A DNA stretch of 64,000 bases. It comes from a bacterium. GTDB lineage: Bacteria > RBG-13-61-14 > DATKZS01. The notes under the pieces are model-generated. The model had not been told where the DNA came from and did not search any database. It saw only the letters and a program-made list of their open reading frames with translations. This document shows positions 48,262 through 58,647 of the stretch, one piece after another; position 1 is the stretch's first letter, and the number at the start of each line of letters is the position of its first letter. A program made the translations under genes and the position numbers. Location of the stretch: the NCBI GenBank assembly GCA_963674965.2, contig CAXXFL010000003.1, positions 128,001 to 192,000 on the forward strand. Direction: 5' to 3'.

Positions 48262-51102
48262 CTAATGGGGCCGTACCGCGGCGCCGCGCCTCACTTTGGA
48301 AACCGCGCGAAAAACCACCGCGCTCGTGGTTAATGCAATGAGGCCCATCGACGAAAGAAAAGCGTAAAGCCCCACCCTGAATTGAATTGGAACGTACTTA
48401 AACGTGACGACGTGTCCGCCTTTTTCCAGGGCTACCGCCTTGGAAACCAGGTCCGCCCTGAATATCCTTAACTCCTCGCCGCTCTCGTTATAGGCCCTCC
48501 AGCCGGGATAATAGGCGTCGGACACCACGGCGTAGGCCCGGCTCGAGACCTCGGCCTTTATCTTGAACGCGTCGTCCGCGATCATCTCGATGGCGACGCT
48601 CTCTTTGCCGGACGTTACCCGGCCGGAAAGATCGGGGGCCCGGGGATCGAGGATTACGGTCTCGATCAGTGGATCGAACCTCGAGGCGTCGCGCATTATC
48701 GAGAGGGCCTCATCGTTATCCATGGCCTTTTTGGTCCGATGTACCAGGCGCGCCCTTTTTATGGCGTCCTTGTTTTCAAGGACCTGGACCCGGTCCCCCT
48801 CGAGGTATTGCAGGGTCTTGCCCCGTTTTTCGACGCGTGGGTCCCACCAGGCCAAAAGGCTTGCCTCTCCCGGCGAGTCCGAGAGCTTCTTGCCTCGTAA
48901 AAAGCCGGGCGGTATGAAAGAAAAATCAAGCGTCGCCGAGCCGGATGACGCCGGGCCAAACGAGCGCTCGACCCTCGTTGCTCCACTCTCTCCGCTCGAG
49001 ACCGCTCGGCTGAACCATAGTTCCGCTGAATCCTGACTTTTGCATATAAGCGAGGTCCAGGAGGTAGCGGACGAAATATGGGAAGGCCCCACCTGACGTT
49101 CCTTCCCGCCCGCTTCTTTCGATGTATCATCGAGTGGCCCAAACACAAGGTCGGCAACGAGTTGATCGCCCTCCGAGAACCTGCCCTCGTAGCCGAACGC
49201 GCCGGGACCGTCGGCTACAAGAGCCGGCCTCCTAATATTTTTCCCTTCTTCGTCTCCAGTTGGGCGATACGCCAGAAGCTCTCGGTCCCACGGCGAAAAG
49301 GGAGCGGGCCTTCTCGGATTGCCCACGTAATCGCTATCTGACAGGATCGGAAAAAGCGACGCCTCGGACAAGGCCATGTCCTGGAGAAAAAAATACTTGA
49401 TGCCCGCCAGGTTGAGGATATGCCTGTTCGTCGAATTGATATAATCCGTTGACTTGAGGTAGTAGGTAAACTTTGACCGCAGCGCCTTGCCGTTTTCAAT
49501 CCTGGCGGAATCTGGACAGAGGGCGGCCAGAAAATAGGCGTGGTTGGCCAGAGGATAGTCGAACCAGGTGTCGGCGCTATATTCTCCAAAGTAGCCCGAG
49601 TCGTGGGGAGGTAGGTCGTAATCCATGGTTGGAGCTATCATCGCGGTCCACGCGTACATCCCCTGTACCCGATAGTCGTTTCCCGCTTCCCTGATATATT
49701 TTTTATAAACCGGGTCCGGCTCGGGAAACTTCATAGTGTAGGAGGAAGAAAAAAGAGTGGCGCCAGAATCGACCGCCACGAGCAGGAAGAGCGCGAGCGG
49801 GCGATACCCGCGAAGGGACCCTATTTTAAGGCAGAGAATGAATCCAATGGATAAAACCAAAAGGATAAAAGCATATATAGGCCCCGGCGACACGACGAGC
49901 GACAGGGCCAGACAAATGGCCCCGAGCGCGATCCATCCGGGCTTTCTATTATCCAACGCCTCGATTAGCGAGTAAAATCCAACCGCCACCCCGAAATAAA
50001 CTGGACCCTGCAGTAACAGCCCCAATTTATAGTGGCGAAAAAAGCTACCGAACACGGGCAGATAATAGGGAATGGCGGCGGTCCCGAGACGTCCTCCCAA
50101 AACGATCGCCAGCACGGCCAGGGACAACCACAGAGCGCTCCGGAACAAAGGCGCTTCTCTTTTGCTCTTAAAGCCGGCGGCGATGAGAACGAGAATCGAG
50201 AAAGGTAGAAAAAGGTTCCTATAGGTCCGGAAAAAAAGACCCAGCGACGCGATGACCGTATCATGAGCTTGGGGAAAAGTCATGGCGTACTCGTTTAAAG
50301 TAAACGCGTCGAGTTTGATCATCCTGGTGGCCATGAGCAAAGTGGGAATAATCTGGAAAAGGCTTAGAATAATGGCCAGCGCCCCGGCCAGGACAAGGAC
50401 AATGAAGGTATTGGCGGATTCCCTTATGGTCATGCGCGCAAAAACCGTCCAAAGAAAAAACAAAGAACCGAACAGATAAGCCCCCTGCACGAGAACCGGC
50501 GGATCACCGGCGATAATGACTAGATATAAAGACACGGCGTTGATCAGGAAACGGCGCGCCGACGGTTTTTGCGCGATGCCAAGGGCCGACCAGAACCAGC
50601 AGAGCCACCAGGGAAGTTGAACGACGACTTGATATACGGACCCCGCCCAAGGCGTAAAACCCGTGGTGACGAGAAGAAACCCGGCCGCCGCCGAGCCCCA
50701 GCGCTCGGCCGTGCCTCTTCTGAAAATCAGATACGCGAAAAGGCCCATGAGGCACGCGTTTATCAAGGAGAACATGGGCATGGAGTCGTTCAAGCCAAGC
50801 GTAAAGGCGTAGAAAGTAACTGGATGCCCCAGGCATCCCAGGTAGAAGGCCAGCGCCGGGCTTCCCATGTGACCATATGGATACCACAATGGAAAGTGCC
50901 CATCCATGATGACGCCGTGGACCATTTTTATGGGCGATGGATACCCGGCCGGCATGTCGAAATGGAAGGCCGTCAGGTCGTGAAAAGACTCGTGAAGAAA
51001 AATCGGTTTTGCGTGAAGGAGCGCTATGCCGGCTATCATCAGCGCGAAGGCGACGTATCGCCCGCTTTCGAGCAACCCGGGCTCTTTAGTATTTTCTTGC
51101 AT
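48262..51102 (-). CDS. YfhO-family membrane protein (putative GT-C glycosyltransferase)
   Basis: GHFPLWYPYGHMGSP, multiple TMs, LNLAGIKY and the C-terminal SDAYYPGWRAY...VTFKYVP. Confidence 0.8.
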   Translation of the reverse strand: MQENTKEPGLLESGRYVAFALMIAGIALLHAKPIFLHESFHDLTAFHFDMPAGYPSPIKMVHGVIMDGHFPLWYPYGHMGSPALAFYLGCLGHPVTFYAFTLGLNDSMPMFSLINACLMGLFAYLIFRRGTAERWGSAAAGFLLVTTGFTPWAGSVYQVVVQLPWWLCWFWSALGIAQKPSARRFLINAVSLYLVIIAGDPPVLVQGAYLFGSLFFLWTVFARMTIRESANTFIVLVLAGALAIILSLFQIIPTLLMATRMIKLDAFTLNEYAMTFPQAHDTVIASLGLFFRTYRNLFLPFSILVLIAAGFKSKREAPLFRSALWLSLAVLAIVLGGRLGTAAIPYYLPVFGSFFRHYKLGLLLQGPVYFGVAVGFYSLIEALDNRKPGWIALGAICLALSLVVSPGPIYAFILLVLSIGFILCLKIGSLRGYRPLALFLLVAVDSGATLFSSSYTMKFPEPDPVYKKYIREAGNDYRVQGMYAWTAMIAPTMDYDLPPHDSGYFGEYSADTWFDYPLANHAYFLAALCPDSARIENGKALRSKFTYYLKSTDYINSTNRHILNLAGIKYFFLQDMALSEASLFPILSDSDYVGNPRRPAPFSPWDRELLAYRPTGDEEGKNIRRPALVADGPGAFGYEGRFSEGDQLVADLVFGPLDDTSKEAGGKERQVGPSHISSATSWTSLICKSQDSAELWFSRAVSSGESGATRVERSFGPASSGSATLDFSFIPPGFLRGKKLSDSPGEASLLAWWDPRVEKRGKTLQYLEGDRVQVLENKDAIKRARLVHRTKKAMDNDEALSIMRDASRFDPLIETVILDPRAPDLSGRVTSGKESVAIEMIADDAFKIKAEVSSRAYAVVSDAYYPGWRAYNESGEELRIFRADLVSKAVALEKGGHVVTFKYVPIQFRVGLYAFLSSMGLIALTTSAVVFRAVSKVRRGAAVRPH

Positions 51103-51164
51103 ACGGAAATATGGTCGCGTTTCTCCGGAGAAGGCCCGGCTTCGGACGGACGGGGCCGGCCGCG

Positions 51165-52253
51165 TTACTTGTATTTATCGAATGGGACTCCTCTTTGCGC
51201 TCCCCTCTCCTCGAACCATTTGGCCTCGTTCTCCGGGGGCGCCACCAGGTCTTTCTCGTCCTTGCGGACCATTTTTATGGCGCCCGCGTCACACGTGCTG
51301 ACGCAAAGTCCGCAGCCGATGCATTTTTCCACGATCACCTTGAAGGCGTCCTCCCCGTCCTCGATGGCCCCAACCTGGCAACGCTCGTCCGCGCAAACGC
51401 CGCAGGAAACGCACTCGTCCGCGTCGATGACCGCGTAGTAATGGGAGTTTACCACCTTGGAAGCCGGTATGCCCATTTCGTTGATGCCGCGAAGCACGCC
51501 GCAACAACATCCGCAACAGTTGCAGATGAAGTAGTGCCCGTTTTGAACGTTCCAGGTCATATGGACCAGGGCCTCCTCCTCGGCCTTTTTCAGGATTTCA
51601 TAGGCCTCCTCCTTGGTTACCACCCGGCCCGTCCAGTCGCCCTTCTCGAAAATGCCCGGCACGGGAGCGAAGGCCATGCACACCTGCGTGGTCCGCTCGC
51701 ACGGATCGCCGAGTATCGCTTTCTCCTTTTTGCAGATGCATTCCATAACCCGGAAGGACTTCGACCTCTCCACTATATTCGAGACCTTCTCGAAGGGAAG
51801 GGCCTCGTGGACCGCGCTTATCTCTTGTTCCACCGGGACCACCTGCATGAGCTGGGGACCGTTGCCAAAGAACTGCTTGCCGAAGGCGTCGCCGTATTCC
51901 TCGACCAACTCGCAAAGCTCGCGGTCCAGGCGATCGAGTTGAAACTCGTAAATCCCGAACACCCAGGGAAGCATCTTGAATATCCTCGTGCCCCCCATGT
52001 CGATCACGAATATCTGACCCTTCTTGCCCATGGCCACGAGCCGCTCCTCGAGGCCCTCGAGCGGACGGCCGGTACGCTCGGCGATCTTTGCGGCCGTCTC
52101 GAAGGTAAGGCGGAGGTCGCAAAAAAGCTCGGCGTCCTCGGGCGAGAAAATCTTCTTTAAAATCTTGATCTCGATCCCGCTCTCGGTGGCGGGAAAACCG
52201 TTGGGCAGAGCGTCAAGAACCTTGGCCAACTCGCGGTAAACCTGATCGGACAT
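51165..52253 (-). CDS. 4Fe-4S dicluster protein with Cys-rich CNCCGCCC domain
   Basis: N-terminal HTH-like region, CICK, CNCCGCCCG, CVSCGVCADERC and CIGCGLCVSTC. Confidence 0.85.
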   Translation of the reverse strand: MSDQVYRELAKVLDALPNGFPATESGIEIKILKKIFSPEDAELFCDLRLTFETAAKIAERTGRPLEGLEERLVAMGKKGQIFVIDMGGTRIFKMLPWVFGIYEFQLDRLDRELCELVEEYGDAFGKQFFGNGPQLMQVVPVEQEISAVHEALPFEKVSNIVERSKSFRVMECICKKEKAILGDPCERTTQVCMAFAPVPGIFEKGDWTGRVVTKEEAYEILKKAEEEALVHMTWNVQNGHYFICNCCGCCCGVLRGINEMGIPASKVVNSHYYAVIDADECVSCGVCADERCQVGAIEDGEDAFKVIVEKCIGCGLCVSTCDAGAIKMVRKDEKDLVAPPENEAKWFEERGAQRGVPFDKYK

Positions 52254-52380
52254 TTTCTCATCCTTTCGCGAGAATACTCGCGTCAATTCATACAAAAGGC
52301 GTCTTTTAAAAATTCAGCTTTATCTTAATATTCAAGGCGGCCACTTTCAAGAGTAAATTCTCCCCCGGCCGCGAGGACCC

Positions 52381-53016
52381 CTAATAATGCTCGAGCATCG
52401 ACTTGTATCTCGTCACCATTTCCTCCACCGCCTTCGCCGAGTCCTCGGTGGCCTGGAAGGTCTTGAGACCGGCGGCGTTTACGATGATATCGGCGGCGTC
52501 CTCCACCGTGAGCTTGCCAACGTGGATTACCAGGTCGAAAAGCTCGGGGCTGGACACGTCGATCCCGTAAAGACTCATGCTCCATCTGGTCCGCTGCTCA
52601 TCGTCCTTCTTTATGTTCCTGAGCGCGTCCTCCCTCGATATCTTCTCACGCTCCATCTCCAGGGCAACCCTGTCGGCCATGTCCGAGATGATTCGCACTC
52701 GGAGGGCGTGACTTATCCCCTTCACGAAATACTGGCCGGCCAGGCCGTGATACACCACGTTGTCCCTGGCGAAACGCTTGAGCAGGGCGTACTGGACGTG
52801 AGCCACGTACTTTTCCTTCTTCTTGCTCACCTTGTCCAGGAAGGTGGGGGAGTCGTGCACGGCCCGGACCAGCTTATCCTCCGGTATGCCGAACTCCTTG
52901 CCCGCCTCCATAATTACCTCGCGAGCGATGCACTCGTATCCAAGACGGGAAGCGACCATTTCCGCCACTTCCTTGCCCCGTCCGTAAGACCCCCTGGATA
53001 TGGTTATTATGGGCAT
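52381..53016 (-). CDS. Cytidylate kinase-like family protein
   Basis: IITISRGSYGRGKEVA, VVYHG and FDLVI. Confidence 0.85.
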   Translation of the reverse strand: MPIITISRGSYGRGKEVAEMVASRLGYECIAREVIMEAGKEFGIPEDKLVRAVHDSPTFLDKVSKKKEKYVAHVQYALLKRFARDNVVYHGLAGQYFVKGISHALRVRIISDMADRVALEMEREKISREDALRNIKKDDEQRTRWSMSLYGIDVSSPELFDLVIHVGKLTVEDAADIIVNAAGLKTFQATEDSAKAVEEMVTRYKSMLEHY

Positions 53017-53077
53017 GTCACTCTCCTATGATGGTTGTCTACCCAACCTTTTAAATTAGCTGAATTATTTTACAAAC

Positions 53078-54094
53078 TCAGCCTTTCGCTATTACTCCGT
53101 TCGGGAAGTCCTCCCAAATCAAGTTTTCCTGTAAAGTGATGTAAATGATCTTCAAAAATTTGCGAGCCAGTGCGATGATGGCCTTGCCCGCGCCGCGCCT
53201 GGCCTTGATACGCTCGTAGAAGCTCGACAAATAAGGGCTGTAACGCTTGGCGATGAGGGCGCATTGGACCAGGGTAGTGCGGCCGAGTTTGTTGCCCCGC
53301 TTCGTGATCCGGCCCGAGCGGCTGGTCTCGTTCGAGTTGCTAACCCGGGGGACGATGCCGAAGTAGGAGGCCAGCTTGCCCTCGTCGGGGAAGTCCTTGA
53401 CGTCAACGATCACCGACAAAAGTATGGCCGAGCCAAGGTCCCCGATACCCTTTATGCTCTTCAAATTCTTGTGACCGGGAAGCTGATTGCCCGAGTCCTT
53501 GATGGCGGCCTCAAGCTCCTTGACCCCGGCGTTCAAGCCCCGAATCTGCTCCACCAGGACGCGGACCTCGGTCTTGACCATGGGGTCGAAAGGTATCTCC
53601 TGCACCGTCTCAAGGCCCTTCTCGCTGGAAAGATATTCCTTCTTCAGGTTGATGCCGTGGGCCGAGCAGATGTTGTTGATCTTGTTCTTCAAGGCCGTGC
53701 GAAGCTTCACCAGCTTGTCCCGGCTTTGAGTGAGGCTTTTAACCTGAGCGTGTTCCTTGTTCGGCATCCTCACCTCCGGCAAAAGGCCCTTGGACAAAAA
53801 CAGGGCAAGGCGTCTGGCGTCGTTGCCGTCCGTTTTGTTGACCGACTCGCTGATGACCTTGAACTGGCGAGGGTTGACAACCACGACGCGGGAAACGAGG
53901 CCGCGAACGGCGTCGTAAAAAAGGCGGACGTTGCCCGTGACCTCAACCGCGATCTCGTCGGACTCGCGAAGCGTCGAGCAAAACTTCTCCAAATCCTCGA
54001 GACGCCAGTCCTTGAGATAGTTCCGTCCGTTCTCGGCCAGGACGCAAGAGGTGAAACAATTCCTGTGCAGATCGATTCCAATGTACCTTCCCAT
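53078..54094 (-). CDS. IS110-family DEDD transposase/recombinase
   Basis: IGIDLH, AVE, VVNP...KTDGNDA, SIKGIG and YFGIVPRVSNSN...ITKRGN. Confidence 0.95.
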   Translation of the reverse strand: MGRYIGIDLHRNCFTSCVLAENGRNYLKDWRLEDLEKFCSTLRESDEIAVEVTGNVRLFYDAVRGLVSRVVVVNPRQFKVISESVNKTDGNDARRLALFLSKGLLPEVRMPNKEHAQVKSLTQSRDKLVKLRTALKNKINNICSAHGINLKKEYLSSEKGLETVQEIPFDPMVKTEVRVLVEQIRGLNAGVKELEAAIKDSGNQLPGHKNLKSIKGIGDLGSAILLSVIVDVKDFPDEGKLASYFGIVPRVSNSNETSRSGRITKRGNKLGRTTLVQCALIAKRYSPYLSSFYERIKARRGAGKAIIALARKFLKIIYITLQENLIWEDFPNGVIAKG

Positions 54095-54119
54095 TTCCTT
54101 ACTCCTCCCTAGAAATAAA

Positions 54120-54285
54120 TTTGATCTAAGGTCGGAGTAGACACGCTTTGAGGGGCCGCCAAACTCCTATACAAGGTCTAGCCTTACGGTGGCGCTCCAG
54201 TCGCGGGGCTGACTAATCTCCTTTACGAGGTCATAAGCCTCACGAAAACGATCCAGCCCACGACCCGCCTACTCCAATAGATCAT
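54120..54285 (-). ncRNA. Candidate IS110 bridge/seekRNA
   Basis: Nested stems GATCTA/TAGATC, GGAGTAG/CTACTCC, GTCGCGGGGCTG/CAGCCCACGAC and CGCCA/TGGCG. The loops contain matches to the flank (ATCTCCTTT) and to the IS end (CAAACTC). Confidence 0.65.
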
Positions 54286-54444
54286 TCCTAACCTAGTTGA
54301 AGTATTTACCACCTCAAAACTCTTCATTCATACCATCTCCTTTCCCCTTCACGCCATAAGGTCCGAAATCAAGAATTCAAAGTATTCATTCGATTCGTTC
54401 AAGCTATCAAATCGGCGGCAAGGACACAAGGCAAGGCCGTAGAA

Positions 54445-56271
54445 TTATTCGTCCCTCGCCCTCGATCGGCCCTTCTTTTTGACCTGCTTGCCGGCTCGGC
54501 GTCCGCCGTTCTTTGTCTCCGGCGACAGCATCCCATGTTGTATAAGCCTTTCCTTGTCGGTCCTGGCCACGTGAATCTTTTTTCCCGCCAGGTCGGTCCC
54601 GGCGTGGTACATGGCCGAGGCCTCCGCGCCGGGAGTGGGGATGAAGCACTGGACCTGACGGGGCCGCCAGTTCCTCTTCCGGAGCCACGCCGCCAGCTCG
54701 AGCATGTCCTTTTCCTCGCATCCAGGAAAGGCGCTTATAAGATAGGGAACGACGAACTGTTTCTTGCCGGCCTTGTCGGAATACTTCTGGAACCTGGCCA
54801 GGAACTTCTCGAACGCCTCCGGCGCGGGTTTCCGCATCAGGGAAAGGACTTTGGGTGAGACGTGCTCGGGCGCGATCTTGAGCTGGCCGCCCACGAATTC
54901 CTCGACCAGGGCCTTGGTATAGGACTCGTCCCTGAGGGCCAGGTCGTAACGCACGCCGCTCGAGACCCGTACGTTCTTCACTCCCCTGATCTTCTTCACA
55001 GCTCTCAAAAGCCCGGCCAACTCGGGCTGGGCCGTTTGCAGGCTCGGGCATATCGAGGGGTGAAGACAACTGGGGCGCTTGCACGCGGTCCGGTCCTCCA
55101 GCTTGCAGGCGGCGCCCCACAAGTTGGCCGTGGGACCGCCCACGTCGCTTATGCTTCCCTTAAAGTCCGGACTTCCCGCCATGTCCTCGGCCTCTCGAAT
55201 AATCGAGTCCTTGCTCCGGGAGGATATGATCCTGCCCTGGTGAAGGGCGATCGAGCAGAAAGTGCAGCCGCCTCCGCACCCCCGGTGAGTGGTGATGGAA
55301 GTCTCGATCATCTTGGCCGCCGGGACCTCGGCGGCATATGAAGGATGGGGAAGCCGGGTGAAAGGAAGCGAATAAAGCTCGTCCATTTCCTCGCCGGTCA
55401 AGGGCGGGGAGGGAGGCGCGAAGTAAACCGTCCTGTCTCCCGAGCGCTGGCTGAGCCAGTGGTCGCCGTGATGAACGTGACGCGAAGTCGCCAGGGCCGA
55501 CGTTATAAGCGCGGCGGGGTCTTCTTCTATTTCCTCGTGAGAGGGAAGAACAACGAGACCGGAGCCGGGCAACGCCGCTTTTTCCACGGCGCTCGAGACA
55601 AACGCCGTTCCCGGAATACCGCGCAACGGGCGGCCGGCGTCGATGGACGGGTCCGCTTCCATGTCTTTTCGCGATAGAGACAACCGCCTCGCTATCTCGG
55701 CGACCGTCCTCTCTCCCATGCCGCAGACCAGGAGGTCGGCCTTGGCGTCGAGCAGGATGGAGCGGCGGACTCGGTCGGACCAGAAGTCGTAATGGCTCGC
55801 TCGCCGGAGCGAGGCCTCGACTCCACCGATGATAAGGGGAAGGCCGGGAAAGGCGGCCCTCGCCAAAGAGGAATATACTATGGTCGCCCGATTGGGCCTC
55901 CTGCCCGCCTTGCCGCCGGGAGAGTAAGCGTCGTCGCTCCGCTTCTTCCGAAAGGCCGTGTAATGGGCCAGCATCGAGTCCATGGCCCCCGCGGTTACGC
56001 CCACGAAAAGCCTGGGCCGGCCCATCGCCTCCAAGCCCGCCGGGCTTTTCCAATCCGGCTGAGCGATTATCCCCACCCGATAGCCCCGGCGCTCGAGCCA
56101 TCGCCCTATTATCGAGGCGCCGAAGGAGGGATGGTCCACGTAAGCGTCACCGGTTATCAGCAGAACGTCAAGTTCGTCCCACCCCAGGCGGTCCATCTCC
56201 CGCCTTGTAGTGGGAAGAAAAGCGGACGCTCCCTTTTTTCTCCCGCCCATCGGCAACCATGATATCATCAA
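54445..56271 (-). CDS. ygiQ: YgiQ-family (UPF0313) radical SAM protein
   Basis: GDAYVDHPSFG, GGVEASLRR..HYDFWSD, HRGCGGGCTFC, DVGGPTAN, SGVRYDL and LKIAPEH. Confidence 0.93.
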   Translation of the reverse strand: MMISWLPMGGRKKGASAFLPTTRREMDRLGWDELDVLLITGDAYVDHPSFGASIIGRWLERRGYRVGIIAQPDWKSPAGLEAMGRPRLFVGVTAGAMDSMLAHYTAFRKKRSDDAYSPGGKAGRRPNRATIVYSSLARAAFPGLPLIIGGVEASLRRASHYDFWSDRVRRSILLDAKADLLVCGMGERTVAEIARRLSLSRKDMEADPSIDAGRPLRGIPGTAFVSSAVEKAALPGSGLVVLPSHEEIEEDPAALITSALATSRHVHHGDHWLSQRSGDRTVYFAPPSPPLTGEEMDELYSLPFTRLPHPSYAAEVPAAKMIETSITTHRGCGGGCTFCSIALHQGRIISSRSKDSIIREAEDMAGSPDFKGSISDVGGPTANLWGAACKLEDRTACKRPSCLHPSICPSLQTAQPELAGLLRAVKKIRGVKNVRVSSGVRYDLALRDESYTKALVEEFVGGQLKIAPEHVSPKVLSLMRKPAPEAFEKFLARFQKYSDKAGKKQFVVPYLISAFPGCEEKDMLELAAWLRKRNWRPRQVQCFIPTPGAEASAMYHAGTDLAGKKIHVARTDKERLIQHGMLSPETKNGGRRAGKQVKKKGRSRARDE

Positions 56272-56317
56272 AAAGCCCGAGCCGGATAGCTCGGGCCGCG
56301 GGCGTTATCTTCCGGGT

Positions 56318-57085
56318 TTAGAGATTTCTAATGGCGAACTTGCCGAAGTCCTTGATGGATTTTCGCATGACGATGGTGGAGAAGTACCTCACGATCCTGC
56401 TGGGCATGTAAAAATCAAAGGAAAGATTAAGGTCGTAGGTGGCGGCCGTCAATCCATCCGACCTGGTGTAAAAGGAATACCGACCCGAGTTTTCCAGGAA
56501 GTCCCCTCCCGCGCCCACCCATGAAAGGGTCAGGTTGGCGTCGTCATAGGAGTACTCGAGAGCGAAGGCAATTTTTCTAACGTAGGCGTTGGCCGTGAAC
56601 TCGACCAGGCGTCCCCTTCCGTTGGAGTACCTCTCCTTTACCGCGGCGCTCTCGTATATTTTCACCCACTCCGGGTATCTCTCGAACTCGGCTATCATGC
56701 GATAGAGGTGATCGGCCGGAGCGTCTATGCCCACCGTATGGGAGGCCTTGTACTTCATCACCGATCCCTGAATATCGAGAAAGGGGAAGTTTTCCTGTGT
56801 CTCCTCATCGAACTCGACCCCCACCAGATATGGCTCCGGGTTCAACGCCTTGCGGGGATTGGCGCTGCAATGGCGGACGGCCCCGCTCATGGTCAGGCTG
56901 GGCGCGCCGTTCTGGAGGACCACGTTGATGGACACGTCGCGCGAGGTATCCAGGGCCTCGGAGCTTAAAAGTCCGATGCCCCGCGAGGAAATATCCCGAC
57001 AGCGCGATGCCAGGGTCAGGCCGTTAAGGTTCATAAAAACCTCATAGTTAACGGCCATGCGGGGATGAGACCTTTTCTCCTCCAT
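56318..57085 (-). CDS. PilZ domain + SRPBCC/START (polyketide-cyclase-like) fusion protein
   Basis: PilZ: EKRSHPR, DISSRG, GAVRH...VGVEF. SRPBCC: IDAPADHLYRMIAEFERYPEW...LSWV...GRYSF. Confidence 0.8.
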   Translation of the reverse strand: MEEKRSHPRMAVNYEVFMNLNGLTLASRCRDISSRGIGLLSSEALDTSRDVSINVVLQNGAPSLTMSGAVRHCSANPRKALNPEPYLVGVEFDEETQENFPFLDIQGSVMKYKASHTVGIDAPADHLYRMIAEFERYPEWVKIYESAAVKERYSNGRGRLVEFTANAYVRKIAFALEYSYDDANLTLSWVGAGGDFLENSGRYSFYTRSDGLTAATYDLNLSFDFYMPSRIVRYFSTIVMRKSIKDFGKFAIRNL

Positions 57086-57240
57086 TTAATTGCCTCCTTG
57101 GAACGTTGTAAAGATGACTAAAAGGACCTGAAAGCGCGGTCTGGGGTCGGGGGCCCTTGCGATATTGTTCGGTGGCCGTCCATGGCTTCAATGTCTCTTA
57201 TTATAAATGACCTGGTTAAAGGCCGCAAGAAAAATCGTCT

Positions 57241-58527
57241 CTAGCCGTCGATTTTATCCATGGTCTCCTTGATGAAGAGGCTGGAAGCGACGGATACGAC
57301 CGATACTCCAAAGAGAATGAGGAAGGCCCTTTTAAAGCCCTCGGGCGCGTAATTGCCGTTCTCCAGTTTCCCCGTGACGTCCAGCACGTGACCCAGCAGG
57401 GGCTGAAGGATGGCCCCTCCCAGAAAGGGGAAAAGGTTGATCAGGCCGACCGAGGTGCCAGCGATCCGGACGGGAAACAATTCCTTGGCCGAGGTAAAGC
57501 CAATTACCACTATCCCGTTGGTAAACACCCCCATGGTGAAGCAAAGAAGATAGAGCTGAAGGGAGTTCATCTCCGTCGTCTTAAAAGCCAGAAAGCCCGC
57601 GCATGCCATGGTCATTATCGCCGCGAAGACCAGGACCGGCTTTCTTCCCTTCACCACCTTGTCCGAGATCAGGCTGAGCAGGGGACTGCCCACTATCATG
57701 CCGAAGGCGTGCATGTTGAGCACGGACGCCGCCCCGTCTCTCGAGTATCCGAATACCTGCATCAAATAGGGACCTCCCCACAGCCCGGCGAAGGCGAAGA
57801 AGATGGAGCAGCCGAAAAAGAACCACAGCGCCAGGGGCCAGAACCTGGGCGTGGTTACCACCACCCGGACCCCTTCCCATAGCCCCGTCTTTTCGGCTTC
57901 CGATCGGGGCGACTCGGGGACCGGCGAGGTCCAGCCCATGTCGGATGGGCGGTCCCTCACCACCAGCCAGATAAGGGCCGTAATCGCCGCGGTGATCCCA
58001 CCCACCAGGATAAAGGACTTCCTCCATCCCACCGCCCCGTTAAGCAGCGCCAGGGGAGTATAGGCCGTAAGGGAGCCGACCCCTCCCATGGCGATCATGA
58101 CGCCGGTCATGCGCGAGAACTCCCGCGCCCGAAACCAAACGGCCAGGGTCTTCATGGTGGGCACGAAAAGCATGGACACGCCCAGCCCCACCATTGTCCT
58201 GCCTATCACCGCCGAGGTCACGGAACCGGACAAGCCCAGTATGATCGAGCCCGCGCAGGCTAAAGTGAAAAAAGACGCGATGGTTTTCCGGGGACCCCAC
58301 GAGTCCGAAAGAAGACCCGCCGGTATCTGCATAAGGGCGTAAGGATAGAAATAAGCCGAGCCTAAAAGCCCGATAAGACCACCGGTGGTCTTAAGTTCCT
58401 TCATCATGTCCTCGGCCACCACCGCCGGGCATAGCCGATGGAAATATACCAGAAGGTACCCGGCGGCCAGCACGACGAAGATAAGCCACCTGTACTCAAG
58501 CGCTTTTTCCAGACCCCGATCTTCCAA
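57241..58527 (-). CDS. MFS transporter
   Basis: About 12 TMs, YFHR and MFS motif A GLLSDSWGPR. TTG start with a GGAGG RBS. Confidence 0.9.
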   Translation of the reverse strand: MEDRGLEKALEYRWLIFVVLAAGYLLVYFHRLCPAVVAEDMMKELKTTGGLIGLLGSAYFYPYALMQIPAGLLSDSWGPRKTIASFFTLACAGSIILGLSGSVTSAVIGRTMVGLGVSMLFVPTMKTLAVWFRAREFSRMTGVMIAMGGVGSLTAYTPLALLNGAVGWRKSFILVGGITAAITALIWLVVRDRPSDMGWTSPVPESPRSEAEKTGLWEGVRVVVTTPRFWPLALWFFFGCSIFFAFAGLWGGPYLMQVFGYSRDGAASVLNMHAFGMIVGSPLLSLISDKVVKGRKPVLVFAAIMTMACAGFLAFKTTEMNSLQLYLLCFTMGVFTNGIVVIGFTSAKELFPVRIAGTSVGLINLFPFLGGAILQPLLGHVLDVTGKLENGNYAPEGFKRAFLILFGVSVVSVASSLFIKETMDKIDG

Positions 58528-58647
58528 TTTTCCTCCCCCGGCGCTCCCGTTCATCTGCAACCCGGCCGCCGCGTCAAAGATGAATTGTACCTTTATCCAG
58601 GTGGGAATCAAAACTGAAGACTCGGCGGGCGAGTAAAGGCCCAGGGA

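Larger units (their letters stand above)
53071..54333 (-). mobile_element. IS110-family insertion sequence
   Basis: IS110 transposase plus a ~240-bp structured 5' non-coding region. TAC is repeated at both inferred junctions (53071-53073, 54331-54333). No TIRs seen. Confidence 0.75.

Noticed and set aside
39703-54400. tRNA-anchored genomic island
   Set aside because: No integrase, and I found no second copy of the tRNA 3' end in the window.
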